From assembly GCA_002269645.1 (NCBI GenBank), contig NIVC01000412.1, forward strand, positions 744,001-808,000: DNA of 64,000 nt, given 5' to 3'. The DNA comes from Macrostomum lignano. Its lineage: Eukaryota. A program made the position numbers and the translations under genes. Each line of letters starts with the position of its first letter. Within the stretch, counting starts at the first letter, position 1. Under the pieces are notes generated by a model, which had not been told where the DNA came from, ran no database searches, and worked only from the letters and a program-made list of their open reading frames with translations. Positions 47,035 to 64,000 of the stretch are shown piece by piece.

Positions 47035-48135
47035 CTGAGAGTCATTGAGAGTCATTGAGAGTCACTGATAATCACGAAGAGTCATTGAGAATCATTGAGA
47101 GTCATTGAGAATCACTAAGAATCACTGAGAGTCACTGAGAATCACTGGGAATCATCGAGACTCACTAAGAGTAATTGAGAGTCACTAAGAATCATTGAGA
47201 GTCACTAAGAATAATTGAAAGTCACTAAGAATCACGGAGAGCCACTGAGAATCATTGAGAGTCATTGAGAATCATTGAGAGTCACTGAGAATCACTGAGA
47301 ATCACTGAGAGTCACTGAGAATCATTGAGAGTTATTGAGAATCACTAAGAATCACTGAGAGTCACTGAGAATCACTGGGAATCATCGAGACTCACTAAGA
47401 GTAATTGAGAGTCACTAAGAATCATTGAGTCACTAAGAATAATTGAAAGTCACTAAGAATCACGGAGAGCCACTGAGAATCATTGAGAGTCATTGAGAAT
47501 CATTGAGAGTCACTGAGAATCACTGAGAATCACTGAGAGTCACTGAGAATCACTGAGAATCACTGAGTCACTGAGAATCACTGGGAATCACTGAGAGTCA
47601 CTGAGAATCACTGAGAATCACTGAGGATCACTGAAAATCATTGAGAGTCACTGAGAATCACGGAGAGAGTCCCTGAGAATCATTGAGAGTCACTGAGAAT
47701 CACGGAGAGTCTCTAAGAATCATTGAGAGTCACTAAGAATCACTGAAAATCACTGAGAATCACTGAGGATCACTGAAATCATTGAGAGTCACTGAGAATC
47801 ATTGAGAGTCAGTAAGAATCACTGAAAATCACTGAGAATCATTGAGAGTCACTGAGAATCCTTGAGAGTCACTGAGAATCCTTGAGAGTCACTGAGAATC
47901 CCTAAGAGTCACTGAGAATCCCTAAGAGTCACTGAGAATCCCTGAGAGTCACCAAGAATCATTGGGAGTCACCAATAATCACTGGGAGTCACCAAGAATC
48001 AACGAGAGTCACTAAGAATCCTTGGGAGTCACTGGGAGTCACATAAAATCCCTAAGAGTAATTGCAAATCACTGAGAGTCACCGAGGGTCACTTTGAAAC
48101 ACTGAGAGTCACTAAGAATCACTGAGTGTCATTAC
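47035..48135. repeat. 10-bp minisatellite (GAGTCACTGA/GAATCACTGA)
   Basis: Direct reading. Confidence 0.95.
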
Positions 48136-48724
48136 TGAGTCACCGGAACCAAAGCATGGCTCTCTCTAGTGTGTCGCATACAAAGTGTCAGATGACATGC
48201 ATTTCGAAATGTTGCATCACACATCATACATAGCGTGCCATGTAATTAGCTCGCGGTGAGTCCTATGACCAAATGGGCGGCTTGCAGACTCAGCCGGGAG
48301 CAGTAGGGGGTCTCTTTACCCCCTCTAGCGAAGCCGCTAGCAATATGATTAGCAATATTAGCTCCATATTGTCATTACCTATGTTTATTATATTGAATCT
48401 ATTGTCGCACCGGGCGGAGGGTTGTATTTATAATTGCTAGGTTCAGTTAAGAGTGGCCCGCTGATGCAAATCAATTTGCCCTGTGGCAAATTTCATAAGT
48501 GACAATGCCGATTAATTGGGCCAAGCTAATATAATAACTCTTTTAGTTATGCTAATGAGATTGTCGTGTCTATTTAATAACGTTGCTGGGGCCATTTTTA
48601 CCTTGTAAAATAATGTTGAAATTAGAGTGGATGAAATATAATATCTGGTAGTGGGAAGTTCAGGGTGGGATAGAAAAAGGGTGCAGCGGAGGGTAGAGAT
48701 ACATTTAGGGAGGAGGGTCAAGTG

Positions 48725-50478
48725 AAAGGTATAGAGAGGGGAAGAGGGTAAATTGGAGGGTAGAGAGAGAGAGGGAAGAGGGTAAATTGGAGGGTAGAGA
48801 AAGAAGAAGATAAATTTTAGGGTAGAGAGAGAGGGAAGAAAGTAAAGCCGAGAGTAAAGAGGGGGAAGAGGATAAACCGGAGTGTAGAGAGGGGGAAGAG
48901 GGTAAACCGGAGTGTAGAGAGGGGGAAGAGGGTAAACCGGAGTGTAGAGAGGGGGAAGAGGGTAAACCGGAGTGTAGAGAGGGGGAAGAGGGTAAACCGG
49001 AGTGTAGAGAGGGGGAAGAGGGTAAACTGAAGGGCAGAGAGAGAGGAGGGTGAACTGGAGGGCAGAGGGAGGGAAGAGGGTAAACTGAAGGGTTGAGAGA
49101 GAGGAGGGTAAAGCGGAGGGTAGAGAGGCGGGGAGCTAATAGCTGAGACTGTCAGCCATCCATCCCGAATTTGCAACATCCCAGCATCCTACAATTTTCT
49201 TATTTCATCCCCATCGGGAGGGCGGGAAAACCCAGAATCCCATTGTGCCGCATATCAGATTTTCGGCTGACTCAGACAGCCAAGCACCTACGAGGCAGTC
49301 ATTGGCAAGCCATCAGCTTACAATGCTTACAATGCCAGAGGACTCCGCCATACAATGATCTAAAGCAATGATGAATTCATTTGTTAGATGGCTTTGAATG
49401 ATGAGGGACAGAAGGGAAATGTAGGGTAAGGGAGGGAGTTGTTAGCGAGCAAGGGGATCTGAATGAGATGGGAAGAGACGGAGAGAGAGGAGAGAGAGAT
49501 GGGAGAGGTGAGAGAGGCGGAGAGAGAGGTGGGAGAGGTGGGAGAGGCGGAGAGAGAGGTGGGAGAGGTGAGAGAGGCAGAGAGAAAGAGATGGGAGAGG
49601 TGAGAGAGGCAGAGAGAGAGAGAGGTGGGAGAGGTGAGAGAGGCGGAGAGAGAGATGGGAGAGGTGAGAGAGGCAGAGAGAGATGGGAGAGGTGAGAGAG
49701 TCGGAGAGAGAGATGGGAGAGGTGAGAGAGGTGGAGAGAGAGATGGGAGAGGTGAGAGAGGCAGAGAGAGATGGGAGAGGTGAGAGAGGCAGAGAGAGAT
49801 GGGAGAGGTGAGAGAGGCAGAGAGAGATGGTAGAGGTGAGAGAGGCAGAGAGAGATGGGAGAGGTGAGAGAGGCAGAGAGAGATGGGAGAGGTGAGAGAG
49901 GCAGAGAGAGATGGGAGAGGTGAGAGAGGCAGAGAGAGATGGGAGAGGTGAGAGAGGCAGAGAGAGATGGGAGAGGTGAGAGAGGCGGAGAGAGAGATGG
50001 GAGAGGTGAGAGAGGCGGAGAGAGATGGGAGAGGTGAGAGAGGCAGAGAGAGATGGGAGAGGTGAGAGAGGCAGAGAGAGATGGGAGAGGTGAGAGAGGC
50101 GGAGAGAGAGATGGGAGAGGTGAGAGAGGCGGAGAGAGAGATGGGAGAGGTGAGAGAGGCGGAGAGAGATGGGAGAGGTGAGAGAGGCAGAGAGAGATGG
50201 GAGAGGTGAGAGAGGCAGAGAGAGATGGGAGAGGTGAGAGAGGCGGAGAGAGAGATGGGAGAGGTGAGAGAGGCGGAGAGAGAGATGGGAGAGGTGAGAG
50301 AGGCAGAGAGAGATGGGAGAGGTGAGAGAGGCAGAGAGAGATGGGAGAGGTGAGAGAGGCAGAGAGAGATGGGAGAGGTGAGAGAGGCGGAGAGAGAGAT
50401 GGGAGAGGCGGAGAGAGAGATGGGAGAGGCGGAGAGAGAGATGGGAGAGGCGGAGAGAGAGATGGGAGAGGCGGAGAG
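48725..50478. repeat. GA-rich minisatellites (48725-49125, 49465-50478)
   Basis: Direct reading. Confidence 0.9.
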
Positions 50479-50690
50479 ATGTATTGTCGTGTCCACCGGT
50501 CCCCTTTGCGACGAGAACGGACCTGCCATGCTGCAACACTGCCAACTGGTTGAAGAAGGGGCCGCACACGCGCACAAGTGCGAGCAAATTATTAGCGTGG
50601 AACAGGCACGGAGAGCGGTCCACAGTCTGTAGAATTGGCAGACACGGCGGAGTCTGAATAATATCGGACAGAAAGGACCCGACACAGTGG
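50478..50690 (+). mobile_element. Possible RTE-like LINE 3'-end remnant
   Basis: QLVEEGAAH...CRIG fragments resemble the degenerate C-terminus of RTE ORF2; frameshifted. Confidence 0.25.
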
Positions 50691-51004
50691 CGCCGTTCAC
50701 TGGCTGACTGGGCCACTGAAAACCCCCTTAATACAACTCCCCTTTCCCCGACTCAACCGGCCTCCTTGGCAAGGGGTGGGTCTTAAGGCTAAAACAATGG
50801 CTAACAAAGCTGCCTAAAGCTTTCGGTGGGATACAGCTATGCAAGAGAAAGCTGAATAGGCATAAGGGCTGTGCTACTGCCGGCGGTCGGAATTCATGAC
50901 AAAGCTCATCTGTGAATTGTGTTTAAGCTTTTAATGCGCTAGGTTTTGGCAAGAAAGTCTTGGTACTTGATGTGGTTGTAAAATGTCAGGATTGACTGAC
51001 TTAT

Positions 51005-51500
<496 letters not shown>

Positions 51501-52106
51501 TTGATTCCGCATTTTCGGTGATTCTTCTCTCCTTGTTTTGGATTGGGAAGGCAAGGATAAGTTGATCTCTCCCAAGGTATTTTTTATATTTCTCTGATGT
51601 CACGAATAGAAGTCGTCAACCCAGATTTTTCATCATCAAAGGCCACGCGTTGCCGCATGCCCAGCGGCAGCCATGGAGGCTTAAACGGAGAAACTGGATT
51701 GAAAGCACTTCATTTTCTTACACGACGGAGCTGACTTCTTAAGGGTGAGCCTTTCTATTTGTATTTTGTTTTCTGAAAACTTTAAGACTGTTATTAAAAA
51801 AACATCTAAAGCTTGACGTTGGCCTGATCGGGTATGAGCATGAGGATTTTAAGCAAGGGTCTTCAACTCCAGATCCTCATTTTAAGTTGTTCATGCAGGC
51901 GGTTCATTCTTATCCACGCCCAATTTTTCATCTGTTTGCAGTGCCGCCGCCACCTTATCTTGGCTGAACAATCAATCTATACTGGACCTGCGATTTTTAT
52001 ATCTATCAGAGCCCATGATGGATTGGCCCACTCGGTGCAAAAACTGGACGGGGTCAGGGCTTCGTCATTTCACTTTATACCCGATCTAATGGGACTGAAT
52101 TCAGAC

Positions 52107-52434
52107 TGGCGCCCCCTGGTGCTGGCGCCCCTGGTGCTGGCGCCCCCTGGTGCTGGCGCCCCCTGGTGCTGGCGCCCCCTGGTGCTGGCGCCCCCTGGTG
52201 CTGGCGCCCCCTGGTGCTGGCGCCCCTGGTGCTGGCGCCCCCTGGTGCTGGCGTCCCCTGGTGCTGGCGCCCCCTGGTGCTGGCGCCCCCTGGTGCTGGC
52301 GCCCCCTGGTGCTGGCGCCCCCTGGTGCTGGCGCCCCCTGGTGCTGGCGCCCCCTGGTGCTGGCGCCCCCTGGTGCTGGCGCCCCCTGGTGCTGGCGCCC
52401 CCTGGTGCTGGCGCCCCCTGGTGCTGGCGCCCCT
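52107..52434. repeat. 16-bp GC-rich minisatellite (GGCGCCCCCTGGTGCT)
   Basis: Direct reading. Confidence 0.95.
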
Positions 52435-52987
52435 AAAGACGTAGCGCTTACCCCCCCTAATAGAAATCTACTATAGGGAGCCACGCCCCTGTAAAGCCAT
52501 AATAAAATCTGATTTTATTCATTAACCTCGAGCACAAACAAATCGACTGCTGCAGACAGTCGATCAGTAAATAATGTCAAAGCTGAAATGTTTGAAGTCA
52601 TTGAGATTCCGTCAAGTTGACATCAAGTATTTCGAGGCAAATATGAGTTACATTGAAGAGTCAGTCGGTCGCTGTTTTTGTTTAAACAGAAACTCTTCAA
52701 CTGGACTTGACTTTGGATGCTAAAGCAAATTGTAAATGATGTATTTGATGTTCTGAGATGTGTATACAGTATTCTAAGCGTTGGTTAGTAACTGCCAAGT
52801 CTGTGGACTCTTGGGCTCTTGAGACGCTGATCAGGGCAACTCATACATTTGTATGATTGTAGAATTGCGCTCTGATACCGGGGCTGCCCGTCTTTGTTTT
52901 ATGACTCTGTTTGCTTTCAGTCTGGCAAGAGTTGCCTGTGTCTGCTAGCCTGTTGAATGGGGCATTTCATTGAGTTGTCTGTCTGTC

Positions 52988-53412
52988 TGTGTCCTAGTAT
53001 CTGTGCTTGTGTCTGTGCTAATGTCTGTCCTAGTGTCTGTCCTAGTGTCTGTCCTAGTGTCTGTCCTAGAGTCTGTCCTAGTGTCTGTCCTAGTGCCTGT
53101 CCTAGTGTGTGTCCTAGTGTGTGTCCTAGTGTCTGTCCTAGTGCCTGTCCTAGTGTCTGTCCTAGTGCCTGTCCTAGTGTCTGTCCTAGTGTGTGTCCTA
53201 GTGTCTGTCCTAGTGCCTGTCCTAGTGTCTGTCCTAGTGCCTGTCCTAGTGTCTGTCCTAGTGTATATCCTAGTGTCTGTCCTAGTGTCTGTCCTAGTGT
53301 GTGTCCTAGTGTCTGTCCTAGTGCCTGTCCTAGTGTCTGTCCTAGTGTCTGTCCTAGTGCCTGTCCTAGTGCCTGTCCTAGTGTCTGTCCTAGTGCCTGT
53401 CCTAGTGCCTGT
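52988..53412. repeat. Second array of the 12-bp CTAGTGTCTGTC satellite
   Basis: Same unit and variants as 41922-45052. Confidence 0.95.
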
Positions 53413-54692
53413 TTGACATTTTGCCACAGCAAGCCGGGCAGTTTTCAACACATTTTGAAGCCATTAAAAAAACAGTTCCCGCATGCTCTACAGCTAAATG
53501 TAAGAAATCCGGTCTCTAACACAGAGAAACCGCCACAGTAAGCCCCCCCCCCCTGAGAAGCCGGTGACGCAATACAGCCCAAGCGATGCGTGACTGCCGT
53601 CACTCTCCCCTCTCTCCCTCCCTCCGTCACTCCTCGTCCGCTCGAAAGGTGAAATCGAGCGAGAAAAAGCGATTAAATTTTCCAATTATTTCTCCATGCA
53701 GCTTGACTCATAAATAAAGTACCTGTCGCCTGCATTATAGCGGCTGCCTGTAGTAAACTGATAAGGGTCTTCTTTCTTCTAAAAGCAAGCAAGCGAGCAA
53801 GCAAGTTATCCAAGCGCTAAACAGTTAAGAAATCTTACAAATTTAAGTCTACGGAAACCCGAGAACTTGCACACACCAGGCCTCTCTAATATTTTTCTCA
53901 ATGTTTCCGAAAAATGAAACGAGAATGACTTGTTTGCTGGCTGAAGATACAGAATAAAAAATAAATATATAATAAGACAAATTCGCAATCTCTGCGTCGT
54001 TCTGCGTCCCTCCCTCTCCGCAGATTTTGCGTCAGTTTTTAGAATGAACAGCTTGGGGTTTTTCGCATTGGAAAATAGTTTTTTTTGTATCGTCTTCCCT
54101 TTCTAATTTTATGCAAAATGCGCAGTAGAGTTGCAATTTGCTAAGCTAATTGTGAAATCTTGAATAGCAGCCACAGCAAATCTTTTTTGGGGGCTTCTTT
54201 GCAGCAGATATTTCCCGGAAACTTGGATGCACAATTTGGATTAAATTTGCTTTTTTACGGTTTTCGTGTGTGGCTTTAGTCGGTTTTTGCTTTTATTCAT
54301 CTGCGTTTTTATCCCAATCTCTATCTACTTCTCTCCCAATCTCTCTCTACTTCTCTCCCAATCTCTCTCTACTTCTCTCCCAATCTCTATCTACTTCTCT
54401 CCCAATCTCTAACTACTTCTTTCCCAATCTCTAACTACTTCTCTCCCAGTCTCTATCTACTTCTCTCCCAGTCTCTATCTACTTCTCTCCCAGTCTCTAT
54501 CTACTTCTCTCCCAATCTCTCTCTACTTCTCTCCCAGTCTCTATCTACTTCTCTCCCAATCTCTCTCTACTTCTCTCCAGACCTCTACCTACTTCTCTCC
54601 CAATCTCTCTCTACTTCTCTCTCTACTTCTCTCCCAATCTCCATCTGCTTCTCTCCAGATCTCTCTTTTACTTCTCCTTGCTGCGGACTCAC

Positions 54693-60938
<6,246 letters not shown>

Positions 60939-63071
60939 CCTGCAGGTATTCTGAGGCGAAATTCCCCGATTGCTCCGCTCTGCTTTGCAAAAGCAATGTT
61001 AGCTATAACTTTCTGTCTGCAGTGGCCTAATAGCTGCTTGAAGTTACCGGTTGCCGCGCGAAGGTATAAATTATAATTAATCAGACATTTCTGCTGCACA
61101 AGTGCATAAATACCAAACAGCGGATAGGAAGGCTTCGAACAGGCCTATTATGAATAATGCATAATGACTCTTTACGCTTGGTTGTGCTTCCGCGTGTCTT
61201 AATGCAGTCGGGCAGCAATTGGCAATTGATCGCTGTTCTGATTTCCGTCTCCCTTTGGCTGTCTGTCTGTCGTTTTCTGACCTGGCTTGGGGCTCTCTTT
61301 TATTAGCTATAAAATAGAGTAAATTCTTATCTTATCGTTTGGGACGGGACGCTAGTCGGTAACCGCGCAGTGCGCTCACGCCGGGGCTGCAGTTATTGGT
61401 TGGCTGTGCCGCCACCTTCTATAAGGTGCATAATATGCGTCATGAAGCCCTGCAGCCTCTCCCATATTTTGGGGGACTGTGTTCTGCCATTGGCTGACAA
61501 GTGAGGCAGTCGCAGCCATTCGTGCTTGTCGGAAAATGTCTAAAAAGTGTATTTTTATATCCGTTAACGCTGTACTTAAAGTAGAGAGTTTGAAAAAATC
61601 GGCTTTTACGTAAAAATGCAAAATTATACTTGAAATAATTTCCTGTACTGATATTATGCTGACGAAAACAACTTTGCATCTTTATCTACACAAAGTAAAA
61701 TCACAATAAGTGGCGTCAAGTGAAGTGACGTCAAAGTGGATGCAATTTCGGGCGGAGTTCTGATCTCAGGTACCCAAAACTGTCATGTCTGTGAGTGATG
61801 TGACAGGGACAAGGACAATTTTTTTCCTCGAAATTACTCGAACAGAATTACATGCAGTTGGAAATATAATTAAATATTTTACTTTAATTAGCCTATACTC
61901 ACAAGCTCTCATACAAGCCTAATACATATATAGATGTACAACTTAATATATTTCATTTCTTCGAAGCTGATAGCCACGAAACAGTGGCACGAGTGGCGTT
62001 GTGGCGAATTTTTAGCTTTTGCACGCACATGCACGATCTCTAGTTGTTAATGAAAAAATTACATTTCTTAAATTTACGCAATTGAATGTTTGGGTATAAC
62101 AAATTAATATTGTAGAATTAAGGGATTGTTTCTGAAAAAAAATTTGAAGTTCGAAAGTGGCAAAATGACAAAATTTTATAGAAATTGATACAATTGAAAC
62201 TCGTGATTGAGCATTTAGTATGAACTTTCTGTTTCGATGACAACGCTGTTCAACTTCTTTTCCAGAATTTTCTTAACTGGAAAACTGGATTATATTCTGG
62301 AATTTTCTTTCTGGATAAATATGTCAAGCATCAGGTGACACTATTCTATTTGTCTACACAACACTATTATTTTTTGCCGTTTTGACAACCGGCTAAAGTT
62401 TTCACTTATTTTAGCTTCGAAGTATCTATTTATACCTACTTGAGTTAATTTTCCACAATATCGGTAAAGACACTCGATAGATTCGATTTGCGAGTATGTC
62501 GCGCCGAGCCGAAGCAACATTTTTTACTTTCAATTTTAAAAGCTAGATTTAAAAATAAGTTTAAGTTAAGTTAAGTTAAGTAGGCCCATAAGCTCAACTT
62601 TAGGTTTAATCTCAACAAGTAATCTTGTTAATTTGTCCATAGCATTTGTCATGTGTAATACTTAGCTTGTGTATCATTATTTTGCGTTTTTATTATTTTA
62701 GTATATTATTACATCATATTACATCAGAGAGGCCATAAAATTTGATTTTTAATACAAACAGTATAAGCTTCGTGAAAAAGAAAAAAAAACTGGATATTTT
62801 TTGTCATTTAGGATTATTCTACAATATAAAGTCTGGTTATGTTTATTGACAAGTGGCTTTGAGAAATTGTTTCAACTTAAGGTGAATTTTGAGAGAAATA
62901 TGACTGGTTATTTATAAAATAGAAAAGTAATTTTTGCTTTTTGCCCTTATTTAACTTTTTAGTCTTTTGCTATAAGGACAACCAAAATATGAATTTCAAG
63001 TATGACAACAGAATTAAAAATTTGAATTTAATTTCTTTTTCAGAGCTTGACACTTAGCTAGACACTCGACA

Positions 63072-63987
63072 ATGGTGTACAACTACACAAAACCCAGAGG
63101 CCCCATCGCCGCCATGTACAGCAGCCCGGGGCCAAAGTACATGCTGCCCAGCCTGGTTGGCCAGCCGCATCACGACCCTCGCTCCGTGCACAACCGCGGC
63201 CCGGCCTATCCTTTCGGCCTGAGGCACGGCAAATTCAAGGACGAATCGAGCCCGGGACCTTGCTACCTGCCGCTGACCTACAGAGACGGCAAAGATGGTT
63301 CTCCGCATTATTCGCTGTACGGCAGGCCAAAGGATGGCACCCTGTTCTCGGCCCCAGGTCCCGGCGCCTACAAGCCTGAGAGCACCAACAAGGAGGTGTA
63401 CTCAAGGGCACCGGCCTACAGCTTCGGCCTGAGGCATCATCAGTTCAGGACTGACAATACACCGGGTAAGGGAATGAGGCATTGCGGGCCCTCGACTGCG
63501 GCAGTACGAAATCTGTGGGTTCTGCTTCGTTACTTGCTGAGATTCTCAGGGTTGGGATTCTCGATTTTGGGATTCTCGATTTTGGGATTCTCGACTTTGG
63601 GATTTTTTACTTTGGGATTCTCGACTTTGGGATTCACGGTTTTGGGATTCTCGATTTTGGAATTCTCAGAGTTGGGATTATCAGGGTTGGGATTCTCAGG
63701 GTTGCATGGGATTCTCAGGGTTGGGATTCTCAGGGTTTGGGATTCTCAGGGTTTTATTTCTCTGTGTCGGGGCTCTCAATTTTTCTATTTAAGTTTTTTT
63801 GAATTAATGCGAAAAGAATACAGAATTCCCCAAAACGCAGCGGACTTTGCACTCCACCGCAGGTCCCAACGCGTACACGCCGGACCCCATGCTGGGCAAG
63901 ACTTTGCGCAGCGAGAAAAAAGCCGCCCCCAGCTACACATTGGTCGGCCGCTCCAAGGTCGGCGGCTTCCATGAGGACCTGCAGAAG
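63072..63987 (+). CDS. ODF3: ODF3/CIMAP1-like SHIPPO-repeat (PGP) ciliary/sperm-tail protein, 5' exons; continues beyond the window
   Basis: Exons 63072-63465 (PRGPIAAMYSSPGPKY, SPGPCY, APGPGAYKPE, APAYSFG) and 63863-63987 (GPNAY..GRSKVGGFHEDLQK), with GTAAG/GTGAG donors. Confidence 0.9.
63548..63752. repeat. GGGATTCTC-based minisatellite in the ODF3 intron
   Basis: Direct reading. Confidence 0.85.
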
Positions 63988-64000
63988 GTGAGGATCTGAC

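Noticed and set aside
52040-52075. In-frame TGA before a Cys/Trp-containing minus-strand segment as a selenocysteine codon
   Set aside because: No evidence that the segment is an exon, and no SECIS identified.
63466-63974. C-terminal half of the 300-aa ORF 63072-63974
   Set aside because: Reads through an intron minisatellite; true ODF3 coding resumes at 63863 in another frame.

Overview
Eukaryotic (invertebrate animal) genomic DNA with spliceosomal GT-AG introns, almost all packed with different minisatellites. The style resembles free-living flatworm genomes such as Macrostomum, but that is inference only. Protein-coding content: (i) TMEM245 on + (12 confident exons, 12096-~32005, possibly to 38117); (ii) an inositol polyphosphate multikinase (IPK family) gene nested on the SAME strand in TMEM245 intron 7; (iii) an ephrin on - (60938 down to probably 39298, likely GPI-anchored); (iv) the 5' part of an ODF3/SHIPPO-repeat gene on + (63072 to window end). 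The standout signal is non-coding: seven copies of a ~75-115 nt stem-loop RNA gene with the hallmarks of Y RNA (5' GG(G)C(U)GGUC-C-GG, 3' CUUGAC, covarying stems, variable loop, oligo-T terminator). Six are clustered at 1.5-9.9 kb and one lies in a TMEM245 intron. Each has an external Pol III-type promoter: a TATA-like box at about -30 and a shared palindrome CTACT-N3-AGTAG at -113 to -148. The cluster is interleaved with TE debris: a gypsy RT remnant, a 2.2-kb TG..CA insertion with 4-bp TSD and a visible empty site, an internally inverted RTE-like LINE fragment, foldback elements and a mariner. Most long ORFs in the supplied track are stop-free tandem-repeat artefacts. All alignments and pairings were done by eye; no searches were run.
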